Positions 9,797 to 17,924 of a stretch of 64,000 nucleotides of DNA are shown one piece after another. The position numbers were made by a program, and so were the translations under genes. This stretch comes from Bacilli bacterium. Its GTDB lineage: Bacteria; Bacillota_I; Bacilli_A; RFN20; CAG-826. Every line of letters begins with the position of its first letter. Position 1 is the stretch's first letter. The notes beneath the pieces are model-generated. The model did not search any database and was not told where the DNA came from. It worked only from the letters and a program-made list of their open reading frames with translations. The stretch is taken from NCBI GenBank assembly GCA_024695105.1, contig JAILIV010000021.1, positions 15,666 to 79,665 on the forward strand, in the 5' to 3' direction.

Positions 9797-10030
9797 ACGC
9801 CGATTCGAAGAACCGTTTGATTCCGTAAAAGGCGCCTGCCATGCGCGCATGAAAAGAATGAACGGCCTATTCGGTTCGATGGTTGCTTGATAAGAAATCG
9901 CGACGATTCTTATGCAAAAGGGAAAACGATATGGCAAGTTTTGGTTATAAAAGAAAATTGGAATTCGTTCGGGTGGCGAAAAAGAAGACGGAATGGATGA
10001 CTCTTATGCTTTTGCGATCCAACGGTATAC

Positions 10031-10642
10031 ATGACCGTTGAGGGGGAAGACTATTACCCCCAAACGAGTTTTTCGTGGTCCGATGAAACGGTGGTCGTCC
10101 AAAAAGAAAAAACCGTTGCCAAACTCATAAGCGGCGATTTCACCAACCTTTTCGCCATCGATGAGAAGGGAAACCAAATCATAATCCCCGGCCGCAGCGC
10201 CCCCTACGAGGGATGCGATTTGAACGAAGAACATAAAAAGATCCATTATCTGGACAGGCGCGAAGCCGCCAGGGAATACACCACCGAGGAACTTGATTTG
10301 GGGAAAACGAAAAAGACGGTGTACCGTGTGGTCAAAAGCGAAGAACGGGAATTGACGGAAGAAGAGATGAGGGAGTTCGGCAGCCGAAGGTTGCTTTCTT
10401 CCGAAGTGATTCCGTATAGCGAAGAAACGGGCGAATGCTGTATCCATGAATGCGTTCTATCCAAGAACGAAATCGACATAACGGATAAATCCGCAATCCG
10501 GAAATACGTCGACGGTCGCGTGGAAAAGCTAAAGCGTGACGAAATTGTGGACTTCGTGAAAAACGCCGTGGTCAATTACTACTGCGATCGCGTGGAAATC
10601 ACCATCCATTACGCGGTTCTCCCTGAAGCCATCCCCTTTTGA
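10031..10642 (+). CDS. Hypothetical protein, 203 aa, soluble and acidic, in the lower-GC island
   Basis: ORF in a ~48% GC region with no recognisable motif. Confidence 0.45.
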   Translation: MTVEGEDYYPQTSFSWSDETVVVQKEKTVAKLISGDFTNLFAIDEKGNQIIIPGRSAPYEGCDLNEEHKKIHYLDRREAAREYTTEELDLGKTKKTVYRVVKSEERELTEEEMREFGSRRLLSSEVIPYSEETGECCIHECVLSKNEIDITDKSAIRKYVDGRVEKLKRDEIVDFVKNAVVNYYCDRVEITIHYAVLPEAIPF

Positions 10643-10782
10643 TGCCCAAGGCGGAATGAACCACGAAAGCAGTGTCTTTTTCATGGCCGAGCCGGTGCAC
10701 GAAGTCAGATGGGAACGTTGCGGATCGCTAGAAGACGCAAAAAGACAGGCCAACGCCGGCCCGTCTTTTCTTTGCGAGGAAG

Positions 10783-11364
10783 TTATTTCTTCCTGCGGTA
10801 GCGCAGAATCGCTTCGCTGGCCGCTTCCATTTCGTGGCGCACGCCTTTGGAGGTGGCCATGAATCCCATGGCGTCGTTAGGGTGGATGCCTAGGCGGGTT
10901 GCCTCGCGCTTCACGTCGATGTTGGCGGCTTGGAAGATGAATTCCCAACCGCATTTCTTCTGCATCTCGATCATGTCGTGGATTTGATGGTAACCATATT
11001 CGCGTGAGGCGTTCTCCAGCCCATCGGTCATGATGGAGAAGATGGTGGCTTTGGGGAGTTCCTCCTCTTTCAGCTTGGCGTGGCGCGCCTTGACGAAACC
11101 GATCGCGTTGCCGATCGCGTCGAGCAAGGCGGTGCAGCCGCTTGGGACGTAACTCCTCTTATCGAGGTCTTTGACGTCGTCGATGTCTTCCTCCTCATGG
11201 ATGAAATCGGCCTTGTCGGAGAAGAAGATGGTGGTGACTTTGGCTTTCCCTTCCTTTCGCTGGGCCTCGATCAGGGAGTTGAATCCGCCGATGACGTCCT
11301 CCTCCAGTCCGTGCATGGATCCGCTGCGGTCGATGATGATGACCAGTTCGGTGATGTCGTTCAT
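10783..11364 (-). CDS. Small von Willebrand factor A (vWA) domain protein with an intact MIDAS motif
   Basis: IIIDRSGSM (DxSxS MIDAS motif), a downstream T and D (MTDG), and a Rossmann-like beta-alpha pattern. A good AGGAGG SD precedes the start. It is the last gene of the three-gene minus-strand module. Confidence 0.75.
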   Translation of the reverse strand: MNDITELVIIIDRSGSMHGLEEDVIGGFNSLIEAQRKEGKAKVTTIFFSDKADFIHEEEDIDDVKDLDKRSYVPSGCTALLDAIGNAIGFVKARHAKLKEEELPKATIFSIMTDGLENASREYGYHQIHDMIEMQKKCGWEFIFQAANIDVKREATRLGIHPNDAMGFMATSKGVRHEMEAASEAILRYRRKK

Positions 11365-11440
11365 TTTCTAACCCTCCTTTTCGGTTATGCCAAAAGTATG
11401 GAGGGGAGAAAGGAAACGGTGGTCAAACCGGATTTGACAA

Positions 11441-12313
11441 TCAGTTGTCGCGAGGATGCCAGCCTAAGGGAGGGCAGCCGTATTCGTCGAGCTCAACGTT
11501 GATGGCCATCAGATCGAAAACCTCTCTTTTAAGGTATTTGGACACGATGGCGTCGCTACGGATGGAACGGGACAAGGCATATCCGGCCGTTTCCAGCAAC
11601 TTCACGGCCTCGCGGTAAGAGAGTTCTAGGCCGATGATCAGGCACAACACGGTGGGCTTGGTGGGGATGACGTCGGGGTTAGACAAAATGTTGGAGAACA
11701 CCTGACGGGATATGCCGCCTCGCCGATAAACCTCCGCGTTGCTTTTCCCCGATTCGTTCAAAAGCTTCAACAAGCGTTGATGGAAGGATTCCTCCAAAGG
11801 CGGGTAGGGGACGTCTTGGGCCACGAAAGATAGCGAGGCGGATGGCGCGCCCATGGAAGGGTGGAAGGCCCGTGGCGACTTTCCTTTGCTTTCATGCCGA
11901 TGCAACAAGGGTTTTCCATTGGGCGGCGCGCCTTCCAAAATAGCCTCCTCAAAAGGGGGTTCTTCTTTTTGCCGCCCGCGTTTTTCCTCCTTTCCGAAGG
12001 AGGGGACGGTGACCCCGAGGGAAAGGATCGCCTTCAGGTTTCGCTTTAGGAAATCGGGGTCGTTTAGCAAGATGCCGACGGAGACGTCTTTCGAGGCGAG
12101 ATGAAGCGATAACGCTTCGAGGAACGGTAGGAACGATCCCTCGTTTTCAGGGGAGGAGGGGAAGGCGATTTCAAAGGATGGGACCCGTTTGGATTCCGCC
12201 TGCGAAAGGAAAGCTTCGTAGTCTTGGGGTGAGGCCTCCTTTTCGTGAAGGCGAAAAAGGGTGGGTACTTCGCGGGGTTTGCCTTTTTGGGTTAACGTGA
12301 CGTAGAGGCTCAT
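11441..12313 (-). CDS. Hypothetical protein with a C-terminal XRE-type helix-turn-helix domain
   Basis: C-terminal segment NAEVYRRGGISRQVFSNILSN...PTKPTVLCLIIGLELSYREAVKLLETAGY matches the XRE/Cro HTH pattern. The ~190-aa N-terminal part is unassigned. A 14-nt gap separates it from the upstream DUF3883-like gene. Confidence 0.55.
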   Translation of the reverse strand: MSLYVTLTQKGKPREVPTLFRLHEKEASPQDYEAFLSQAESKRVPSFEIAFPSSPENEGSFLPFLEALSLHLASKDVSVGILLNDPDFLKRNLKAILSLGVTVPSFGKEEKRGRQKEEPPFEEAILEGAPPNGKPLLHRHESKGKSPRAFHPSMGAPSASLSFVAQDVPYPPLEESFHQRLLKLLNESGKSNAEVYRRGGISRQVFSNILSNPDVIPTKPTVLCLIIGLELSYREAVKLLETAGYALSRSIRSDAIVSKYLKREVFDLMAINVELDEYGCPPLGWHPRDN

Positions 12314-12327
12314 CTGACTGGGGCTTC

Positions 12328-13620
12328 CTAAGAAAGAAGGGCGAGGAAATTGGTTTCCCGTAGTTTGAAGACATCGAAAAGGGCTTCGCCATCGAATATT
12401 TCCACGCTGTAGGTCTTTTCTTCCACGTCTAGGTCATAGACGCGGTAAAGGCGGAATCGGCCCCCGAGTTCAATGGCTTTCTCGACTTCCTTTGCGGAGA
12501 GATAGAACCCGTCGATCCGATGGGAGGTCGTGGTCTTCACCTCGATGTATATGGGGTTTCCGCTTTCATCGTAAGAAAGGATGTCATAGCCCAAGGAATC
12601 GTCCACCAAAGCGACGTGCTCGGGTGTTTTGTTCACACCCAGGTTATGGAGCTTCGCGATTTCGTCGTTGACGATCAGCGTTTCGCCGATCAGTCCCTTG
12701 CGTGCGCGTTGCCTTTGAAGCTCCTCATAATCGGGTTTTCGTGGACCGCTTGGTTTTGCTCGCGTCGCGGTCAGCGGGGCGTCAAGCGCCTTCCCTATGG
12801 TATAGGTGCCCACGAAGTCGGTCAGTCCACCCGTTCCGAAGTCCAACTCTTCCTGTTGCTCTTCGCTAGGGGAGGGCTCCTCCGTCATGGACGAAGTTTC
12901 CATGGAAGAGGTATTCTCTTCTGGACGCAGGACATTGCGATATCCTTCCGAAGAGTAGATGAAGTGCATGAATTCCCACGTGGTGAGGAAGGGGATGCGC
13001 TTTTGGGCCTCGAGGTAAAACTGGTACAGAAGGATGCGCTTACGGGTAAGGGTGCACCCGTTTTCGCGCGGGATTTGGAAAACGTCCAAGAGCTTGTTTA
13101 GGTCGGTATGGACGTAGATGGGAATCCATTTTTCCTTCGCGTAGAGATAGGTCAACTTGGATTTCAATACGCCGGGCAGGATGCAGCGTTCCACCGCGTC
13201 CACATCGAAATCGGATGCGGCCTTGATGATTTTTCGCAGTTCCTCATTGATGCTGCGATAGACTTCCACAGGCGTGTTCCCATATTTGCAATTGTTCTGG
13301 TTAATGCGCTTAAAAACGTAGGCCCCATCGATGTTTTGGATGCCGAACTTCTGGAAACCGCATTGGCCGGAAATATGGATGTCGCCCAAGGAACGAAGAG
13401 TGTTGTCCAGCCAATAGCACATCGTGTCCTTCTTTCCTTTGGCAAAGCAATATTCCTCTAGCGTCATGCTGGGGATCTTACTGGGGGCAAAGCGCTTTAA
13501 AAACTGGTCCAGAAGGCGGTAGCTGCGCGTCTCCTTTTGGACGACCACCTCCATCTTCGTGCGGAAAAAGGCGTTGAACTTGGCCACGAAGGAATCCACC
13601 ACGGCGGGATCAATCGCCAT
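12328..13620 (-). CDS. DUF3883 (NOV_C)-like PD-(D/E)xK nuclease-domain protein with an unassigned ~250-aa N-terminal domain
   Basis: C-terminal GETLIVNDEIAKLHNLGV...DDSLGYDILSYDESGNPIYIEVKTTTS...YLSAKEVEKA shows the D...E-x-K restriction-endonuclease-like core typical of DUF3883. Its start overlaps the stop of the upstream acyltransferase gene. Confidence 0.7.
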   Translation of the reverse strand: MAIDPAVVDSFVAKFNAFFRTKMEVVVQKETRSYRLLDQFLKRFAPSKIPSMTLEEYCFAKGKKDTMCYWLDNTLRSLGDIHISGQCGFQKFGIQNIDGAYVFKRINQNNCKYGNTPVEVYRSINEELRKIIKAASDFDVDAVERCILPGVLKSKLTYLYAKEKWIPIYVHTDLNKLLDVFQIPRENGCTLTRKRILLYQFYLEAQKRIPFLTTWEFMHFIYSSEGYRNVLRPEENTSSMETSSMTEEPSPSEEQQEELDFGTGGLTDFVGTYTIGKALDAPLTATRAKPSGPRKPDYEELQRQRARKGLIGETLIVNDEIAKLHNLGVNKTPEHVALVDDSLGYDILSYDESGNPIYIEVKTTTSHRIDGFYLSAKEVEKAIELGGRFRLYRVYDLDVEEKTYSVEIFDGEALFDVFKLRETNFLALLS

Positions 13621-14506
13621 GGGATTCGTCCTTTTCCTTTTGCTTCTTCGGGGGAAGATGGTAGAAACGGGCTTCCTTTTGCTCGAAGCGCCGCAAAATC
13701 ATGTTTCGGGTTTTTTCCGCCAGTTGGGCGGGGGAAAGGTCTTTGTATTCCTCGTATTCGAGCACGCCGACGCAGTCGAAGTACACGTCGGTCCAGCGGA
13801 ACGGGTAACGCCGTAAGATGGCGTTGGTGTTTTGGATGGCGAACACCACGATGGGGCATTGGGCGATGTAGGCCATTTGGAACGAGCCGGGATGGAAGGG
13901 GAGCACGGTGGGGTTGGGGAAGTCTTTGTTGCGCGTCCCTTCGGGGGCGATGCACACCGAGGCGACGTTATCCCGGATATACGCACCGGCTTTCTCAATG
14001 ACCTTGGTACCGGAGAGGATGTCTCCTTGCACGATGGAAAGGTAACCGGCCCTACGGATTAACCCACCCGCGGCGATGACGTCGGCGTTGGCTTGCTTGG
14101 TGACGCAGACGAAGCGGTGGCGCACGAAAAGCGAGGCCAGCCCCACATGGTCAAAGCCCGAGAGGTGGTTGCTCACGATCATGAACGTGGTTTTGGGACT
14201 AGGGATTTTGCCCACCCCGGAAGCGTGGAAACGGACGCGGAAAAGCCAGAACAATACGTAGCAGGTTTCCGATAGCAGCCATTGTGGGAAACGTGTGGGC
14301 GGGAAGGTTTTCTCGGGGTGGCGCTTTAGGGCCTGGCCATAGGCGGCAAGGCATAACGCGTAGACCAAGAATAGGCCCCAGAAGTAGACCAGGGCCAAGA
14401 TAAACGGAAGCCAAAGCCAGGAGACGGATTGGTAGAAGCCCCCATAGTAAAAGGTAAGTCCGGATAGGATGGAAGCGATGAGGATCAGGATCAATCCGAA
14501 TGCCAT
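13610..14506 (-). CDS. 1-acyl-sn-glycerol-3-phosphate acyltransferase-like (LPLAT/PlsC family) membrane protein
   Basis: NHLSGFD (HX4D) and APEGTRN motifs, an N-terminal transmembrane region and a C-terminal KKQKEK tail. Confidence 0.8.
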   Translation of the reverse strand: MAFGLILILIASILSGLTFYYGGFYQSVSWLWLPFILALVYFWGLFLVYALCLAAYGQALKRHPEKTFPPTRFPQWLLSETCYVLFWLFRVRFHASGVGKIPSPKTTFMIVSNHLSGFDHVGLASLFVRHRFVCVTKQANADVIAAGGLIRRAGYLSIVQGDILSGTKVIEKAGAYIRDNVASVCIAPEGTRNKDFPNPTVLPFHPGSFQMAYIAQCPIVVFAIQNTNAILRRYPFRWTDVYFDCVGVLEYEEYKDLSPAQLAEKTRNMILRRFEQKEARFYHLPPKKQKEKDESHGD

Positions 14507-14549
14507 AGCGACTTATCTTATCAATAAGGGGCGGGGTGACAAGAGGGGC

Positions 14550-15434
14550 TTAGGCCTCCTCTTCGGGGTCACCTTTCTTCTTCTTGGGTTTGAAGTGGTA
14601 GAAACGGGCGTCTTTGCGGTTCAAACGCTTTTCGATCATGTCGCGCGTCTTGGCGGCGATTTCGTGGGTGGGGAGGTTTTCGTATTCCTCCGCACGCAAC
14701 ACGCCCACGCAGTCGATGTAAATGTGGGTGAAGTGGCGCGGGAAGCGCTTCAAGACGCAGTTGGTGTTTTGGATGGCCAGCACCACGATGGGGCATTTGG
14801 CTTGTAAGGAGAGATGGAACGAACCCGGATGGAAGGGCAGCAAGACGGGGTTGGGGAAGTCTTTGTTGCGGGTCCCTTCGGGGGCGATGCAGACGTTGAT
14901 GCCGCGCTTGATGTAGCCGGCGGCTTTTTCGATGACGCGCTTCCCGGCGTTCATGTCGCCTTGTTTCATGGGGAGGTAGCCGGCGTAGCGCATCCAAGGT
15001 CCCCCGACGGGGATGCGGAAGTTCTCGGGTTTGGAGATGAATAGGATCAGGTGGGGGTAATAGGCGGCCAGGGCGATCTCGTCAAAGACGGAAAGGTGGT
15101 TATGGATGATCATGACCGGTCCTTCGTTGGGGAGTTTGCCAAGACCGGTGATATGCACGCGCATGCCCAAAATGAAGCAGATGACGCGGCAGGTTTGCTT
15201 GACCATCCACTGGCAGAAGCGATTGGGCGGGTAGATGTAATCCTCATCTTCCTTGACGAAAAGCCCAACGAGGAAAAGGATCAATAGCCACGTGGCGAAG
15301 CATACGAGGAAGTAACCATAAAGCATCAGCGGGATGCTCCAGAACCAGTACCATTGTTGGTACAGACCGGCGAAATAATAGGTAAGGCCGGTCAGGGCGA
15401 TGGAAATGCCCGCGCAGATAATGAATAGTGCCAT
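14550..15434 (-). CDS. Second PlsC-family acyltransferase, a tandem paralog
   Basis: NHLSVFD and APEGTRNKDFPNP motifs. The same architecture and a Lys-rich C-terminus as the downstream paralog. Confidence 0.8.
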   Translation of the reverse strand: MALFIICAGISIALTGLTYYFAGLYQQWYWFWSIPLMLYGYFLVCFATWLLILFLVGLFVKEDEDYIYPPNRFCQWMVKQTCRVICFILGMRVHITGLGKLPNEGPVMIIHNHLSVFDEIALAAYYPHLILFISKPENFRIPVGGPWMRYAGYLPMKQGDMNAGKRVIEKAAGYIKRGINVCIAPEGTRNKDFPNPVLLPFHPGSFHLSLQAKCPIVVLAIQNTNCVLKRFPRHFTHIYIDCVGVLRAEEYENLPTHEIAAKTRDMIEKRLNRKDARFYHFKPKKKKGDPEEEA

Positions 15435-15503
15435 GTCCCGATTAGTTTATGCCACATGCGGGGGCGAATGCAAACGCGGAGACTTGCCTTTAAATATCCA
15501 ATG

Positions 15504-15558
15504 AGGATGCACTTTTTTGTAGATTTCGGCACTTTTAAGGATGCACTTTTTTGTAGAT
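15504..15558. promoter_or_regulatory. Two perfect 21-bp direct repeats (AGGATGCACTTTTTTGTAGAT) spaced 34 bp centre to centre, with a third partial copy (GCACTTTT) between them, in the divergent promoter region
   Basis: Read directly from the sequence at 15504..15524 and 15538..15558. The repeats lie between divergently transcribed genes, and a TAAAAT -10 box sits at 15622. Confidence 0.5.
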
Positions 15559-15635
15559 CCTACCGTTTCAAGCGCGTTCAACTTTCCGCTAAAAATCATT
15601 AGCACTTTCACCTTTAGTCTGCTAAAATACGGGCC

Positions 15636-16538
15636 ATGGACGATATCGCGACCCTACTTAAAAACGGCAAAACCGACGAAGCCATCGCGCTTCCCGAGGA
15701 TTCCCTCCATGACGAGGAATTGTTTCTTCGCGTCTCGGCGCTGCTTGAAAAAGGCAAAGGGAACGAGGCGATCCAAACCCTCGTTTCCCATCGCGAAGAA
15801 CTGTTCTCCTTGAATCCGTTGCTTACTTTGAAGGCCAACTTCGAGACAAGGTTCGCTCTAGGGCAATTCGACGAGGCGGAGGAAGACCTCGCCCAGTTCG
15901 TCTTGTTGCCTTATGCTTCTCAGCGCGTGGAAGAAGCCCTTGCGGCGTTGCCTTCCACGATCCAGGCGATGCGCCTTTCGTCCAAGCAAAGCGCCACGCC
16001 GGATTTGGAGAAGGCGCTAGAGAGCTTGGCCTCTCCTTCCAGCGACCTTGAGATTCTCTCCGCCTTAAACGCGTTGAAGAAAGTGGGGGAACTTGAGGAC
16101 TATGAAGGCTTGGTTGCCGAATTGCTTACCGGCCCTTGGCATAACGATGTCAAAACCTATGCCTTGATGCTTCTTTCCGCGAAGGGATGCCAAAAGAAAG
16201 TGACGCTCGTCAAAAACGGCGAACGGTTCACTTTGGTGCCCGCCAAAATCGGCTCGCCCTATGGGCTACCCGAGTACAAAAGGCTCCGCGACCAAATCAT
16301 GGCGTTAAATGATTCGAGCCTCTCCCAAACGGCGGGGGAGTTGCTCGACCTCTACGCCTTGAGTTGGTACCCCAGACGCTTCTTATTGCCCGATGAAGAG
16401 AAGAATTTCCTGCCCGCGTTACTTGGAGTGGCGAAAGGGTATCTAGGCCAAACGGGAGGGGAGCTTACCCCCAAACAGCAGGCCCTGAAGGAGAAGATCG
16501 CAACGCAAATCGAGGCCAACCCGCCCTTATTAGGATAA
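15636..16538 (+). CDS. Hypothetical alpha-helical (TPR-like) protein
   Basis: 300-aa ORF with host-like codon usage upstream of tig. No catalytic motifs. Confidence 0.55.
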   Translation: MDDIATLLKNGKTDEAIALPEDSLHDEELFLRVSALLEKGKGNEAIQTLVSHREELFSLNPLLTLKANFETRFALGQFDEAEEDLAQFVLLPYASQRVEEALAALPSTIQAMRLSSKQSATPDLEKALESLASPSSDLEILSALNALKKVGELEDYEGLVAELLTGPWHNDVKTYALMLLSAKGCQKKVTLVKNGERFTLVPAKIGSPYGLPEYKRLRDQIMALNDSSLSQTAGELLDLYALSWYPRRFLLPDEEKNFLPALLGVAKGYLGQTGGELTPKQQALKEKIATQIEANPPLLG

Positions 16539-16611
16539 AAAAGGAGCGCAAAGCATTTGCACCTATCTTTAGATAGCGTATAGTACTACTTGCTTTATTG
16601 AAGGAACGAAT

Positions 16612-17886
16612 ATGAAAAACACCCTGACCAAGCTCGAAACGAGCAAATTCCAACTCGACGTCGAAGTTGACGAGGAATACTGGAAGGCCGCCCAAGCCAA
16701 GGCCTTCCGCAAACTCGCCGCGAAGGTGAGCCTCCCCGGCTTCCGTCCCGGCAAAGCCCCCATGGCCATGATCAAGGCCCACGTTGATCCGAACAAGGTG
16801 CTCGACACCGCGATCAACGACATGGTCAACGACGTCTTCGTCCAAGCGGTGCAGGAAACCAAGATCCGCCCGCTTCACAATCCCGACGTCGAACTCACCA
16901 AAGTCGACGACAAGACCGTCGGCTTCCGCTTCACCGTCGTCACCGCCCCCGAGGTCACCTTGGGTGCCTATACCGGCCTTAAGGCCGAGCGTAAAGTCGC
17001 CGAGGTCTCCGAGCAGGAAGTCTCCGACTCCATCGCCAAATTGCTTCAGGATAACGCCGAACTCGTGGTCACCGAGGAACCCGCGAAGATGGGCGACACC
17101 GTCGTGCTCGACTTCGATGGCTTCATCAATGGCGTCGCCTTCGATGGCGGCCATGCCGACAACTATTCCCTCGAACTCGGATCCCATAGCTTCATCCAGG
17201 GCTTCGAAGAGGCCCTCGTGGGCGTCAAGGCGGGCGAATCCCGCGAAGTCGCCGTCACCTTCCCGGCCCAGTACGTCGCCGAACTCGCCGGCAAAGACGC
17301 CACGTTTGCCTGCACGATCCACGAGGTCAAGCAGAAACAGATCCCCGGACTCACCGATGAATCCGTCGCCGAACTCGACATCGAGGGCGTGAAGACCATC
17401 GAAGAGCTCAAGGCCCACCAGAAGGAGAAACTCCTTAAGGAAAAAGCTGACGCGAACGAACGGGAACACTACCAGGCCTTGCTTGATCAGATCGTCGCCG
17501 GCGCCAGCGTGGAAATCGCCAAGGAAATCCTCGACGACGACGCCGCCCGCGAAATGGAAAACACCAAGAAGCAGGTCGAATCCAATGGCTTGACCTTCCA
17601 GCAATACCTCGACGTCATCGGCAAAACGCAGGAGCAACTCCAAGAAGAGCTCCGCGAAGGCGTCGTCAAAAACCTCACCACCTACCTCGTCACCTTGGAG
17701 ATCTGCGCGAAGGAAAAGCTCTTCGTCGACGACGCCGAACTCGACCATGAACTCGCCAAGATCGCCGAAGGCAGCAACACCACCGTCGAGCAGATGAAGT
17801 CCCTCTATGGCCAGAACATCGAATCCTTCCGCGATTCCCTCCGCCAGAAGAAACTCCAGGACTTCCTCCTCGCCAACAACCAATAA
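16612..17886 (+). CDS. tig: Trigger factor
   Basis: N-terminal ribosome-binding signature GFRPGKAPMAMIK, a central FKBP-like PPIase domain, and a GAAGGAA SD. Confidence 0.9.
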   Translation: MKNTLTKLETSKFQLDVEVDEEYWKAAQAKAFRKLAAKVSLPGFRPGKAPMAMIKAHVDPNKVLDTAINDMVNDVFVQAVQETKIRPLHNPDVELTKVDDKTVGFRFTVVTAPEVTLGAYTGLKAERKVAEVSEQEVSDSIAKLLQDNAELVVTEEPAKMGDTVVLDFDGFINGVAFDGGHADNYSLELGSHSFIQGFEEALVGVKAGESREVAVTFPAQYVAELAGKDATFACTIHEVKQKQIPGLTDESVAELDIEGVKTIEELKAHQKEKLLKEKADANEREHYQALLDQIVAGASVEIAKEILDDDAAREMENTKKQVESNGLTFQQYLDVIGKTQEQLQEELREGVVKNLTTYLVTLEICAKEKLFVDDAELDHELAKIAEGSNTTVEQMKSLYGQNIESFRDSLRQKKLQDFLLANNQ

Positions 17887-17924
17887 CCTCGCCTCATCCC
17901 CTTTGAGGCGGAAAGGAGGCATTC

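Noticed and set aside
16465-17922. 485-aa minus-strand ORF rich in G/D/E/V, antisense to trigger factor
   Set aside because: It is the reverse complement of a GC3-rich real gene and consists of low-complexity Gly/Asp/Glu strings with no start context. A typical antisense artefact of high-GC coding DNA.
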